Source of the DNA: Opitutus sp.
GTDB taxonomy: Bacteria > Verrucomicrobiota > Verrucomicrobiia > Opitutales > Opitutaceae
Reading direction: 5' to 3'
Length of the DNA: 64,000 bases
Assembly: GCA_009695305.1 (NCBI GenBank)
Contig: SIBG01000010.1
Coordinates: forward strand, 1,646 to 65,645
The notes under the pieces are model-generated. The model was not told the origin of the DNA. It ran no database searches and saw only the letters and a program-made list of their open reading frames with translations. The translations under genes were made by a program, and so were the position numbers. Positions 9,634 to 19,734 of this stretch are shown here, one piece after another; position 1 is the stretch's first letter, and each line of letters begins with the position of its first letter.

Positions 9634-11637
9634 ATGGATTTCGCCCTCGACCCAACCTCCGCGCCGCCCGGTGTCCCGCCGATTGATTTTCGCGCGTCGC
9701 TGAACGACGAGCAGTTCAACGCCGTCACCGCCCCCGCCGGCCCGCTCCTCGTGCTCGCCGGCGCCGGTTCGGGCAAGACCCGCACGCTCACCTACCGCGT
9801 CGCCTACCTCCTCTCCCAAGGCGTCCGCCCCGGCGAAATCCTGCTCCTCACGTTCACCAACAAGGCCGCAAAGGAAATGCTCCACCGCGTCCACGACCTC
9901 ACCGGCGTCGAGCCCGGGCGGTTTTGGGGCGGCACGTTTCACAGCATCGGCCATCGCGCGCTCCGGATGCATGGCGAGGCCATCGGGCTCCCGCGCACGT
10001 TTACCATTCTCGACGCCGACGAATCCGAGGGCGTCCTCCGTGACGCCGTCGAGGCGAGCGACCGCACTTTTTTCAAGGACAAGACCCACCCGCGCCCTGG
10101 CCCGCTGCACTCGCTGCTCTCGATGGCGCGCAATACTCAGCTGCCGCTCGACGAAACGATTACGCGCTTCTTCCCCCAGCACGACGGAATCATCGAGCGC
10201 GCGCCGCTCTTCGCCAAAAAATACGCCGAGGCCAAGCGCACCGCCAACGTCGTCGACTACGACGATCTCCTCGAGTTCTGGCTCGAGCTCCTGAAAAAAT
10301 CGCCTGAGACCGCCGCGTATTTCTCGCACCGCTTCCGCCACGTCCTCGTCGACGAATATCAGGACACCAACACCCTCCAGTCGCAGATCGTCGACCTCAT
10401 CGGCGCCCACCACCAGGTGATGGCCGTCGGCGACGACGCGCAGTGCATCTACACGTGGCGCGGCGCCAACGTCGAAAACATCCTCACCTTTCCCGACCGC
10501 CATCCCGGCACCGTCATCCACCGCATCGAGACGAATTACCGCTCGACGCCGCAAATCCTGGCGCTGGCCAACGGCGTGCTCGAAGCCCAGCCGAAGGGTC
10601 GGGCCTTTGAAAAAATTCTCCGCCCCCACCGCGCCAACTCCGAGAAACCCTACTTCGTGCAGTCGATGGATGGCCGCGAGCAGGCGCAGTTCATTGTGCA
10701 GCGCATCCGCGGCCTCGTGGACGAAGGCTGCGCCCTCGCCGACATCGGCATCCTCTACCGCGCGCATTTCCACGCGCTCGACATCCAACTCGAGCTTTCG
10801 CGCCTCCAGATTCCCTACCAGATCACCAGCGGCGTCCGCTTCTTCGAGCAGGCCCACATCCGTGACCTCGTCGCGCTGCTCCGTTTCGTTTACAACCCCT
10901 CCGACACCGCCGCGTGGAACCGCATCGCTGTGCTCCTCCCGAAAGTCGGCGACAAGAACGCCGCCAAGCTTCACGCCGCCGCCCTCGATCACGCGAAGTT
11001 GCTGAAATTGAATCTCGTCGACGCCCTCGACACCGACGACGTGAAGTCGAAAGTGCCGAAGGATGCGAAGGAAGAGTGGCCCAAGTTCACCGCCTCGCTC
11101 GCGCAAGTCGCCGACGTGATGCGCACGATGAAGCCGCACAACGCCGTCGAGATCGCGATCGACGGCTGGTATGGCGACTACCTCAAGGGCCAATACTCCA
11201 ATTATCTCTCCCGCCTCGACGACTTGAAATCGATGATCGGCTTCGCGAGCCGCTACGAGGACATGCAGGAACTGCTCGCGCAGATCATGCTGCTCAACAG
11301 TGAGACGAGCGACCGCTCCGCCGACCCCGACGCCGACGCCCTCCGGCTTACCACGGTGCACCAGGCCAAAGGCCTCGAATACGCCGCCGTCTTCCTGATC
11401 GGCCTCGCCGACGGCAGTTTCCCGCTGCGCCGCGCGATCGAAGCCGGCGACGTCGAGGAAGAGCGCCGCCTCTTCTACGTCGCCGTCACGCGCGCGAGAG
11501 ACGAGCTCTACCTCTGCTTCCCAAAAGTAAACACGAAAGGCGGCCCCGTGATGATGCAAACCCCCAGCCGCTTTCTCGAGGAACTATCGCCCGAACTCTA
11601 CCAACCGCTGAAGATCAAGCGGAGCTTTGGGTGGTAG
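9634..11637 (+). CDS. uvrD: UvrD/PcrA/Rep-family SF1 DNA helicase
   Basis: The ATG at 9634 gives MDFALD...LNDEQFNAVTAPAGPLLVLAGAGSGKTRTL (motifs I/Ia). Also VDEYQDTN, TNYRST, TVHQAKGLEY and YVAVTRAR. Confidence 0.9.
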   Translation: MDFALDPTSAPPGVPPIDFRASLNDEQFNAVTAPAGPLLVLAGAGSGKTRTLTYRVAYLLSQGVRPGEILLLTFTNKAAKEMLHRVHDLTGVEPGRFWGGTFHSIGHRALRMHGEAIGLPRTFTILDADESEGVLRDAVEASDRTFFKDKTHPRPGPLHSLLSMARNTQLPLDETITRFFPQHDGIIERAPLFAKKYAEAKRTANVVDYDDLLEFWLELLKKSPETAAYFSHRFRHVLVDEYQDTNTLQSQIVDLIGAHHQVMAVGDDAQCIYTWRGANVENILTFPDRHPGTVIHRIETNYRSTPQILALANGVLEAQPKGRAFEKILRPHRANSEKPYFVQSMDGREQAQFIVQRIRGLVDEGCALADIGILYRAHFHALDIQLELSRLQIPYQITSGVRFFEQAHIRDLVALLRFVYNPSDTAAWNRIAVLLPKVGDKNAAKLHAAALDHAKLLKLNLVDALDTDDVKSKVPKDAKEEWPKFTASLAQVADVMRTMKPHNAVEIAIDGWYGDYLKGQYSNYLSRLDDLKSMIGFASRYEDMQELLAQIMLLNSETSDRSADPDADALRLTTVHQAKGLEYAAVFLIGLADGSFPLRRAIEAGDVEEERRLFYVAVTRARDELYLCFPKVNTKGGPVMMQTPSRFLEELSPELYQPLKIKRSFGW

Positions 11638-11780
11638 CGGAACGCGTGAGCGTTTCGCCGGCGGAACCCAAACAGCGCCATCGGCAATTGAGCGTTCCGA
11701 ACTGATCCTGCCTTGCAGGAAATCCGGTTGCTGGAATCATCTCAACCGCCTCCATCCCCCGGTTGTTCGCGCTCCTCCCC

Positions 11781-12545
11781 ATGAAATCACTCCTCTTCCA
11801 CTCTGCCCTGCTGCTCGCCCTGGCCACGGCGCCCCTCACCCACGCCGCGGACGCTACCATACCCAATTCAAAGCCCGTCCGCGCTCTGCTCATCACCGGC
11901 GGTTGCTGCCATGACTACGCGCTCCAGGCCGAAGCGTTTATCGAGGGCGTAAAAAAATACGGCGCTGTCACCTGGACCGTCGTCAACGAGGGCGGCACCA
12001 CCAAGAACGCGAAGATCGCGCTCTACGACAACCCCGACTGGGCCAAGCCCTATGACGTCGTCGTGCACAACGAGTGCTTCGCCGACCTCGATGATCCGGT
12101 CTACATCCGGAAAATTACCGCGGCGCACCGGGCCGGCGTGCCCGCCATCGTCATCCACTGCGCGATGCACACCTATCGCGTGACGGCCGCCGACGACTGG
12201 CGTGAGTTTCTTGGCGTCACGAGCCGGCGCCACGATCACCAAAGCAAATATCCCGTGACGCCCGTGGTGAAAGCTCACGCCGCGATGCTTGGTTTCCCCG
12301 CGTCATGGGTGACGCCCATGGACGAACTTTACGTGATCGAAAAGCTCTGGCCGGGCGCGAAGGCCCTCGCGACCTCCGTCAGCGAAGCCGATGGCAAAAC
12401 CTATCCCGTGATCTGGGCGAACGATTACCACGGCACGCGCGTCTTCGGCACCACCTTCGGCCACGGCAATGCCACGTGGCACGACCCCGTGTTCATCGCC
12501 GTCATTTCCCATGGCCTGCTCTGGGCCGCCGGCCGGGAGAATTGA
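11781..12545 (+). CDS. secreted ThuA-like domain protein
   Basis: MKSLLFHSALLLALATAPLTHA signal peptide. Also RALLITGGCCHDY and GTRVFGTTFGH. Confidence 0.65.
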   Translation: MKSLLFHSALLLALATAPLTHAADATIPNSKPVRALLITGGCCHDYALQAEAFIEGVKKYGAVTWTVVNEGGTTKNAKIALYDNPDWAKPYDVVVHNECFADLDDPVYIRKITAAHRAGVPAIVIHCAMHTYRVTAADDWREFLGVTSRRHDHQSKYPVTPVVKAHAAMLGFPASWVTPMDELYVIEKLWPGAKALATSVSEADGKTYPVIWANDYHGTRVFGTTFGHGNATWHDPVFIAVISHGLLWAAGREN

Positions 12546-12556
12546 TTTGCCGCTCC

Positions 12557-12925
12557 CTAAAGTTTTTCCAGCTCGGCAAAGTGCGCGTCCGTCGATTCGA
12601 CCTCGACGCCATGATGCCGCGCACAGGCTACGATCAGCAGGTCGGTGACCGGGATCGTGAGTCCGGAGGTCCGTGCGCGCCGGGCCAGATCGCAGGCAAG
12701 CTCCCAGACCTCGGCGGGCATGTCCAATTCCGGCAGCACTTGCTCAAATTCGCGCAGGGCTTTTTTTTCCCTGGCACCACGTGCGCCGTTCCACAACTCA
12801 AGACGGACCACTGGCGACCAGCACGCTCGGCCGCCAAGCACGTGCGCATGCAGTCGTCGCCGAACCTCGGCGTCCCCGCGCTCACGGAGCGCTTCGATCC
12901 AGCAACTCGTGTCGATCAAGATCAT
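12557..12925 (-). CDS. vapC: PIN-domain toxin VapC
   Basis: MILIDTSCWIE... and TDLLIVACA are PIN acidic-residue signatures. There is a 4-nt ATGA overlap with the upstream antitoxin ORF. Confidence 0.85.
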   Translation of the reverse strand: MILIDTSCWIEALRERGDAEVRRRLHAHVLGGRACWSPVVRLELWNGARGAREKKALREFEQVLPELDMPAEVWELACDLARRARTSGLTIPVTDLLIVACARHHGVEVESTDAHFAELEKL

Positions 12926-13137
12926 AGGGTGTGTCGGCCCGACTCACGCATCCGCTTGAGATCAGCCTGCGTCATGAAGTCTTTGAAGGTGCCGAGGTGC
13001 CGCGTCAGCGCCGCCAGCCGGTGCCGCTGATTGAAATCAGCCACGGCGCGCGCCACGGCCTCGGTCTTGGTCTTGGCTTTGGCGTGCTTCATGGCTTCCG
13101 TCAGGTCTTTTTCAGGAAGGTCAACGGTGGTTTTCAT
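12922..13137 (-). CDS. vapB: type II antitoxin (VapB-like, DUF2191/RHH-type)
   Basis: MKTTVDLPEKDLTEAMKHAKAKTKTEAVARAVADF... Its stop overlaps the vapC start. Confidence 0.7.
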   Translation of the reverse strand: MKTTVDLPEKDLTEAMKHAKAKTKTEAVARAVADFNQRHRLAALTRHLGTFKDFMTQADLKRMRESGRHTL

Positions 13138-13168
13138 GCTTCCGAATGTGAATTTTTTAGAATCCAAA

Positions 13169-14320
13169 TCAAGCACGCAATGCTTCCGCGACCTGCATCA
13201 CCCGCAGCGTGTTGCCGCCCCACAGCTTCGCCAGGTCCGGCTCGCTCCACCCGCGCGCGACCAGTGCCCGCGTGATGTTCGGAAAGTCCGCCACGTCGCG
13301 CAGGCCGGCGAAGCCGCCTCCGCCGCCATCGAGGTCGCACCCGATGCCCACGTGGTCGATGCCCGCTACCGTCACCGCCTGCTCGATGTGCCGGATGAAA
13401 TCGTCGAGCGTCACGGGCGGGTTCGGATGCTCCCGACACACCCGGTCGTAATCGCGGTCTTCCGCGGCCGTTGTCGCCGGGGAGAAGATGCTGTGCTGGT
13501 GTCGGAGCAGCACTTCGGTAATCGCCGCCGTGCGGCCGTTGTCCGGCGCGGTCACGAGCGCGACCGGCAGCGCGTTGATCTGGATCACCCCGTCTTTCGC
13601 CGCGAGCACGCGGAGCAATTCGTCGCCGACATTGCGCGGGTGGTCGGCCATCGCGCGCGGGCCACTGTGCGAAAGCACGACGGGGGCACGCGAATGCTCC
13701 AGCAAATCGCGAAGCGCACCGTCGCTCGCGTGCGAGGCGTCAAGCACGAGGCCGAGTCGGTTGCACTCCGCCACGACCTCCCGCCCCAGCGGACTCAACC
13801 CACCCCACTCCGCGCCACGCGGGTCGGTCGAGGAGTCGGCCACGTCGTTATTGAGGCTGTGCGTCAACCCGAGCATCCGCACCCCGAGGTCGAAGAACGT
13901 CTGCACGTGGCCCGGGTCGCGCCCGAGGGAGTAAGCGTTCTCGACGCTGAGGTAAATCGCGCGCTTCCCTTCCGCCTTCAGCCGCAGCCCGTCGTCCGCC
14001 GTCAGCGCCAGCCCGCACTCGCCAGCATTTTCCTGCACGACCGTCCGCGTCCGCTCAAAACACCGCACCGCCCGTTCGTGGGCCGCCTGCCAGCCCGCCG
14101 GTGTCCGCGCGAGCTGCCCCACGTAAACCGCGAACACCATCGCATCCATCCCGCCGGCGCGCATCCGCGGCAGGTCAATTTGCGAATGATCCAACCCGTA
14201 ATCGTGCCGCGCGGCGAAATCCCACCCCGCGCGCATCAGGCTCGCCGTCGGCGTGTCGCTGTGCGTGTCGATCGTGAAGAGCCGTTCGTGGAGCGTGGAG
14301 TCGTTGGAGTGCATCACCAT
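13169..14320 (-). CDS. membrane dipeptidase (peptidase M19 family), cytoplasmic-type paralog
   Basis: FTIDTHSDTP, LGLTHSLNND, NRLGLVLDASH, VVLSHSG and GIGCDLDGGG are M19 metal/active-site blocks. No signal peptide. Confidence 0.85.
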   Translation of the reverse strand: MVMHSNDSTLHERLFTIDTHSDTPTASLMRAGWDFAARHDYGLDHSQIDLPRMRAGGMDAMVFAVYVGQLARTPAGWQAAHERAVRCFERTRTVVQENAGECGLALTADDGLRLKAEGKRAIYLSVENAYSLGRDPGHVQTFFDLGVRMLGLTHSLNNDVADSSTDPRGAEWGGLSPLGREVVAECNRLGLVLDASHASDGALRDLLEHSRAPVVLSHSGPRAMADHPRNVGDELLRVLAAKDGVIQINALPVALVTAPDNGRTAAITEVLLRHQHSIFSPATTAAEDRDYDRVCREHPNPPVTLDDFIRHIEQAVTVAGIDHVGIGCDLDGGGGGFAGLRDVADFPNITRALVARGWSEPDLAKLWGGNTLRVMQVAEALRA

Positions 14321-14330
14321 GATTTTGTCG

Positions 14331-14374
14331 GTCGGGGTTTAGCCCCGACACGTCGGGCGTAAAGCCCGACCTAC
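14331..14374. repeat. REP doublet (same family as 7224..7295)
   Basis: GTCGGGG-TTTA-GCCCCGAC AC GTCGGGC-GTAAA-GCCCGAC CTAC. The CTAC overlaps the stop codon of the downstream dipeptidase gene. Confidence 0.7.
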
Positions 14375-15606
14375 AGCCCGTTGCGCCGCTTCGCCAGCTC
14401 CTCCGCGGCGTGCAGGAGGCGCAGCGTGTTGCCGCCCCAGATTTTTCCCACGTCGGCCTCCGACACGCCATGCTTCAGCAGCGCGAGGGTGATCTTCGGG
14501 TAGTCGCTCACATCCTCGAGCCCGACCACGCCGCCGCCATCCATGTCCGCGCCGATGCCAACATGCTCGGCGCCCGCGATGTCGATGGCGTGAAAGAGGT
14601 GCTTCAGAAAATCGTCGAGCGTCGCCCGCGGGATTTTGAACTGTTCCGCCAGCTTCTGGCCCGCGAGGGATCGCTCGACTCGCTGCGCACCCGTCAGACT
14701 GCTCCCGGCGTATTTCGCGGTGAGCCTGGCTTTGGCCGCATTGAACTCGGGATTGATCGGCACCGGAATCATGAACTCGCTCACCGTGTTCATCTGGATG
14801 ACGCCGCCGTGCGCAGCGAGTTCGCGCATGAGCTCGTCCGTGACGTTGCGCGGGTGCGAACAGATCGCCTTGCAGGCGGAGTGCGTGAGGATCAACGGCG
14901 TCTGCGAGAGCGTGATAAGTTCGTGCAGCACGGTGTCGGCGGAATGCGAGGCGTCGATGACGAGGCCGAGGCGGTTGCATTCCTAGACCGCGTCCCGGCC
15001 GAGCGGGCTGAGGCCGTGCCACTCGGGGCCCGCGGTCGGCTGCGAGGAATCGCCGAGGTCGTTGTTGCCGTTGTGGACGAAACCAAAAAATCGCGCGCCG
15101 AGCTGGTGGTAAGTTTTGAGCAACGTGAGGTCCTGGCCGATCGCGTAGCCGTTCTCGACACTGAGGTAGAGAGCGCGTTTGCCCGCCGCCATGAGGCGCG
15201 GACCGTCGGCCGCGGTGAGCGCCAGTCCGCATTGCTCCGGGAAACGCTCGGCCACGGCCTGCACGCGCCGGAAGGTGCGCAGGGCGTTGTCGCGCACGGC
15301 CGCGTAGCCTTCCGGTGTGCGCGGACCTTGATCGACGTAGACGGCGAAGACGCCCGCCTTCAGCCCGCCGTCGCGCATCCGCGGAAAATCCAGCTGCGAA
15401 AAATCCGTCGCGCGGTCGTGGCGTTGCGCGATGTCCCAGTCGGGGCGGCGGAGGCTGAGCGTCGGCGTGTCGATGTGCGTGTCGATCGTGAAGATCCGCG
15501 CATGCCACGCCGCGGCGCGGGCGGCGAGTTCGGCGTCCGTTTCGGCGCAGAGCGCGGGAAGCAACGCGAGGGTGAGCAGTGAAAACGAAGAGCGAGCTAG
15601 GTTCAT
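14371..15606 (-). pseudogene. M19 dipeptidase paralog with signal peptide, interrupted by one in-frame TAG
   Basis: ORFs 14983..15810 and 14371..14931 are in the same frame. The TAG at 14983..14985 splits ...GLSPLGRDAV*ECNRLGLVIDASHS, which is collinear with the paralog's GLSPLGREVVAECNRLGLVLDASH. The ATG at 15606 gives MNLARSSFSLLTLALLPALCA. Confidence 0.8.
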
Positions 15607-15805
15607 GATTCGGGGAAGGCTCCGACAGTGAGAACGGCGGGGCGCGTTGCAAGCCGGAGGCCAGGCCAGAATTTCAATTCCGCTGGTTAGGCCCGTTCCA
15701 GGTCCGACTCCAATCTTGAAACGCGGAGGTCGCGGAGCCCACGGAGAGAAATCGCTTCGACTTCGCGTTCCCCGCGCATACCTCGGACGTGTTTTCAAAA
15801 TGCTT

Positions 15806-15870
15806 GTCATCGCGAGGTGCGCAAAGCGCGCCGTGGCGATCCAGCTGGATTGCGTCGTCGCATCTCCGCA
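15806..15870. repeat. GTCATCGCGAG-family palindromic element (degenerate right arm)
   Basis: GTCATCGCGAGGTGCGCAAAGCGCGCCGTGGCGATCCAGCTGGATTGCGTCGTCGC... Related to the elements at 27438 and 34451. Confidence 0.55.
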
Positions 15871-15916
15871 GTTGCGCTGGGCGGAACCTTGAACTCACTT
15901 TTCGCTCACTTCCACC

Positions 15917-16864
15917 ATGTCCAACCCCTCCGTCGAAAACGTCGTCATCATTGGCACTGGCTGCGCTGGCCTCACCGCCGCCATCTACACGGCACGCGCC
16001 AGCCTCAATCCGCTCGTCCTCGAAGGCCCCCTGCCCGGCGGCCAGCTCACGACGACGAGCGAAGTGGAAAACTTCCCCGGCTTCCCGCACGGCGTGGACG
16101 GCTTCCAGCTCACGCAAAACATGCGCGAGCAGGCCACCCGCTTCGGCACCCGGTTTGAGTCGGCGCTCGTCACTTCGGTCGATTTCACCTCGATGCCGCG
16201 CAAACTCGTGACGGCTGACCGCACGATCCTCGCGAAGACCGTCATCATCGCCACCGGCGCCTCGCCGCGCCTCACCGGCATCCCCGGCGAAAAGGAACTC
16301 TACGGCGGCAAGGGCGTGACGACCTGCGCGACGTGCGACGGCGCGTTCTATAAAAAAATGGAGGTGGCGGTGCTCGGCGGTGGCGACAGCGCCGCGGAGG
16401 AGGCGCTCTTCCTCACGCGTTTCGCGAGCAAAGTTTATCTCGTCCACCGTCGCGACACGCTCCGCGCCTCGAAGATCATGGCCGACCGCGCGACCTCGCA
16501 CGAAAAAATCCAACCGGTCTGGGACAGCATCCCCCTCGAAATCCTCGGCGTGAAAGAAGGCGCCGTCAGCGGCCTGAAAATCAAACACGTGAAAACCGGT
16601 GCCGAGTCCGTGCTGCCCGTGAAAGGCATCTTCGTGGCCATCGGCCACATTCCGAACACAGGCCCGTTCGCGCCGCCGCTCGAAGTTGACGAGGGCGGCT
16701 ACTTCAAGCCGCAGCCCGGCTCGCAGGTGCAGACGAACGTCCCCGGCGTTTACGTCGCGGGCGATTGCTCCGACCACGTCTACCGCCAGGCGATCACCGC
16801 TGCCGGCATGGGCTGCGCCGCCGCGATCGACGCCGAGCGCTGGCTGGCCGAGCACCACGCGTAG
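15917..16864 (+). CDS. trxB: thioredoxin-disulfide reductase
   Basis: [13 protein letters not shown], the redox CATCDG motif, and [10 protein letters not shown]. Confidence 0.95.
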   Translation: MSNPSVENVVIIGTGCAGLTAAIYTARASLNPLVLEGPLPGGQLTTTSEVENFPGFPHGVDGFQLTQNMREQATRFGTRFESALVTSVDFTSMPRKLVTADRTILAKTVIIATGASPRLTGIPGEKELYGGKGVTTCATCDGAFYKKMEVAVLGGGDSAAEEALFLTRFASKVYLVHRRDTLRASKIMADRATSHEKIQPVWDSIPLEILGVKEGAVSGLKIKHVKTGAESVLPVKGIFVAIGHIPNTGPFAPPLEVDEGGYFKPQPGSQVQTNVPGVYVAGDCSDHVYRQAITAAGMGCAAAIDAERWLAEHHA

Positions 16865-16917
16865 AGGAGACGATGTCTGAGCTGTGAGAGAGCTGTGGGA
16901 GGGGCTTTATGCCCCGA
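16766..16917. repeat. copy A of a 152-bp direct repeat (trxB 3' end + REP half)
   Basis: Matches 19735..19886 at 149 of 152 positions in a hand alignment, with a constant offset of 2969 bp. Confidence 0.9.
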
Positions 16918-17590
16918 CTTAAAAATTTCCATTAATTCAATCGGGGCATAAAGCCCCTCCCACAGTGACAAACCCTGATCCGCTGCCACCGAATCCAGGC
17001 TACTGTGCTCTGCGGCGACATCGCTGGTCCGCTGGCGGTTTCGACTATTTCGTAACGATCAACCTGCACCGCCCAGCCGCGGGATTGAGCGAGCCAGCTC
17101 TGCTCGCAGCGCTCGATCACCAGCGCCTCACACTCGAAGCCGAAGGACACTGGAGCGTCCGCACATGGGTCGTGATGCCCGATCATCTTCATGTGCTCTT
17201 CACGCTGGGCGGAAAAATTTCCCTCGCCGATTGTCTGCGCCTGTTCAAGGGCCGGCTGTCACCCGCGCTCCGGGCACATCGGTTGGCGTGGCAAGATGGC
17301 TATCACGAACATCGCATGAGACCCGAGGAAGACCGCCTGCCGGTCTTCCTCTACATTTTCCTAAACCCGTATCGCGCGAAACTCATTTCAGTGTCGGAAA
17401 AATGGCCGGGATATTTCTGCGCGGTCGAAGACTGGGGTTGGTTTGGCGGTCTCACGAATGCCGACGTGCCTTATCCCAAATGGCTGGGATGAGGACAGCC
17501 GGGGTGCTGGACTCCAAACTGTGAGAGGGGCTTTATGCCCCGATTGGAATTTCATCTCAACCCAATCGGGGCGTAAAGCCCCTCCCACAG
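16893..17590 (+). mobile_element. REP doublet - RAYT - REP doublet unit
   Basis: The Y1 transposase-like ORF is flanked on both sides by inverted pairs of CTGTGGGAGGGGC-TTTAT-GCCCCGA (16893..16965 and 17519..17590). Confidence 0.8.
16965..17492 (+). CDS. REP-associated tyrosine transposase (RAYT, IS200/IS605 Y1-like)
   Basis: YFVTINLH, the HUH motif in VVMPDHLHVLF, and catalytic-Tyr region YIFLNPYRAKL. GTG start inside the REP. Confidence 0.85.
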   Translation: MTNPDPLPPNPGYCALRRHRWSAGGFDYFVTINLHRPAAGLSEPALLAALDHQRLTLEAEGHWSVRTWVVMPDHLHVLFTLGGKISLADCLRLFKGRLSPALRAHRLAWQDGYHEHRMRPEEDRLPVFLYIFLNPYRAKLISVSEKWPGYFCAVEDWGWFGGLTNADVPYPKWLG

Positions 17591-17597
17591 TTTCAGA

Positions 17598-19676
17598 TCA
17601 TCTTTCGAACCCGATCTTCTTGCGCAGCGCCTTGAAGCGCGGTTCGTCGCGGAGAATGTCGTTCACCGGGTCGACCTTGAGAAACCAGCACGCGGCATCG
17701 ATATCTTCGTAGCATTTGTCCAGCCAGTCCAAGGCCTTCGCCTTGTCGCCCAGGCCAAGATAGACCATCACCCGCCATCCGGGGGCAACGAAGCGCAGTT
17801 TCTGTTTCTCCATTTCTTCAAAGCCGCGCAAAATTTCCTCGGCTTTGGCGCGGTCGCCCGCCACGGCATACGCGTAGCCGAGGATGGCGTCGCGAAAAGG
17901 ATGGTTATCCAGCGTCTTCGCTTTCTGCAACGCCGCGATGGCGGCGGCCGATTCCGTTTTGAACAGGGCGCAACTTCCCAACAGGTGATGGGCGGGTGCA
18001 AAGTTGCCGTCCAATTCCAGCACCTTGCGGGCTTGGGCGATCGCTTCGTCGTAGCGGCGCGCGTGGTAGAGCCACCAGCCAAGGTCGCACGCCATCAACG
18101 GCGAGAGCGGGTCCAGTGCGATCGCCTTCTTTTGGTTGGCGATCGACTCGTCAAACCGCGCGAGCATCGCCAGCACCCAGGCGTATTGATCATAGACGAG
18201 CGCGAGGTTGGGATTCAGCTCGATCGCACGCTTCATTTTTTCCTGCCCCGGCTCCCACTCGAAAAGAGCCACCTGCGCCAGCCCCAGCGAAAAATGCGCT
18301 TCGGCCAGATTGGGCGCGAGGGCGAGCGCTTGTTGCGCGAGTTCCTTTTGCTTCGTCCACGCCTCCTTGCCCGACATCACCCCCGGCTGGTAACCGAGGT
18401 TGTCGGCCAGGCCGCAATAGGCCAAGGCGTAGCCCGGATCCGCCTTGATCGCCTCGGTGAAGAATCGCTGGGCGTTGGTCCAGCCCTCGGCGGTGTTCTT
18501 CGCGAAATGGAAACGGCCGAGCAGGTAAAGGCGGTGGGCCTCCGGATTCTCGGTCGCTTTCTTTTCGAGCGATGGCTTGCCGGCGGAGAGCAACGTAATC
18601 TTCAGCGCCGCGGCCACGCGCTCGGCGACGTCGCGCTGCATCTTGAAGATGTCCTTGAACTCGGTGTCGTAGTCCTGCGACCACAGGTGCCGCTGGCTCG
18701 CGACGTCGATCAACTGCACCGTAATCCGCAACTGCTCGCCCGCCTTGCGCACGCTGCCCTCAAGCAGCGTCCCGACCCGAAGTTCCGCGCCGATTTCGGA
18801 GAAACTCTTGCCGGATTTCTTGGCGCGCTCGGACGAAGTGCGCGCGATGACTTCGAGTCCGCTGATTTTTGAGAGGCTGGACGTCAGCTCCTCGGTCAGG
18901 CCGCCCGCGAGGTATTCGTCCTTGGTGTCCGGGCTGAAATTATCGAGCGGCAGCACGGCGAGGCGGTGCGGATCGAGCGCGGTGGATTTGGCTGCTGCCA
19001 AATCCATGGGTCTTGAGGTTTGAGTTTTTGGTTCAACGGCGACCGACGCAGGCGCGGATTTACGGGTGGCGAAGAATCCAACGACGCCAATTACCACGCC
19101 GGCAAGCGCGGCCCACGCCCAGCCGGGCAAGCGTCGTTTGGACTGTAGGGCGGGGTCGCCGGACCCCGCCGCGGTTGACGACGCTGAAGACGGCGCGGTT
19201 CGGCGACCTCGCCCCACGACTGGCACGTCAGCCGGCGCAGCAAGCAGGCGTTTCACTTGCTCGACAAATTGCGTCGTCGGAAGCGCGCCGGGCAGGCGGG
19301 TCCACTGCACCCGCATGAATTCGGCGGGCACGGCCGCGCCGGACTCCGAGGTGTCGTCGATCACGACGGGCGCGAGAAACGGCACGCCTTCCAGCATCAG
19401 GTGCGTTTGCTCGATCGCCAGTTTCCATTCGAGCCGGAAGTAGCCTTTGCTCCGCGCCTGGGTGTTCGTCGAGATGATCGGCAGGAAGAGCGTGCAGTCG
19501 GCGATCTGCCGGCGGATTTTTTGGTCCCACGTGTCTCCGCCGCGCAATTCGTTCTGGTCGAACCACACCTCGACGCCATGGCTGCGCAGCGCCTCGGCGA
19601 TGCGCAGAGCGGCGGCGGTATCCTCGCGCGCGTAGCTGACGAAGACGGCGGTGGGTGATGTGGGAGATTCGGGCAC
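17598..19676 (-). CDS. TIR domain / single TM / TolB_N-like / TPR-repeat protein (paralog 1)
   Basis: GTG start. The TIR_2-like N-terminus reads [47 protein letters not shown]. It is followed by the hydrophobic helix [19 protein letters not shown], then [33 protein letters not shown], and then TPR-like repeats to the C-terminus. Confidence 0.8.
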   Translation of the reverse strand: MPESPTSPTAVFVSYAREDTAAALRIAEALRSHGVEVWFDQNELRGGDTWDQKIRRQIADCTLFLPIISTNTQARSKGYFRLEWKLAIEQTHLMLEGVPFLAPVVIDDTSESGAAVPAEFMRVQWTRLPGALPTTQFVEQVKRLLAAPADVPVVGRGRRTAPSSASSTAAGSGDPALQSKRRLPGWAWAALAGVVIGVVGFFATRKSAPASVAVEPKTQTSRPMDLAAAKSTALDPHRLAVLPLDNFSPDTKDEYLAGGLTEELTSSLSKISGLEVIARTSSERAKKSGKSFSEIGAELRVGTLLEGSVRKAGEQLRITVQLIDVASQRHLWSQDYDTEFKDIFKMQRDVAERVAAALKITLLSAGKPSLEKKATENPEAHRLYLLGRFHFAKNTAEGWTNAQRFFTEAIKADPGYALAYCGLADNLGYQPGVMSGKEAWTKQKELAQQALALAPNLAEAHFSLGLAQVALFEWEPGQEKMKRAIELNPNLALVYDQYAWVLAMLARFDESIANQKKAIALDPLSPLMACDLGWWLYHARRYDEAIAQARKVLELDGNFAPAHHLLGSCALFKTESAAAIAALQKAKTLDNHPFRDAILGYAYAVAGDRAKAEEILRGFEEMEKQKLRFVAPGWRVMVYLGLGDKAKALDWLDKCYEDIDAACWFLKVDPVNDILRDEPRFKALRKKIGFER

Positions 19677-19734
19677 GGATCGGAGTGAACTGTCAGCGAA
19701 CGTGGTGACGGCGTCGGGCGTAGACGAGGAGAAA

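Noticed and set aside
9289-11559. 756-aa ORF on the minus strand, opposite the UvrD-like helicase. Similar very long antisense ORFs include 1897..3717(+), 15674..16858(-), 25936..27240(-), 32723..34507(-), 46000..48342(-), 55798..57549(-) and 58682..60403(-).
   Set aside because: These are typical high-GC 'shadow' ORFs. Their translations are low-complexity Arg/Gly/Ala/Asp-rich strings without recognisable motifs. Each fully overlaps a gene on the other strand that has clear family signatures.
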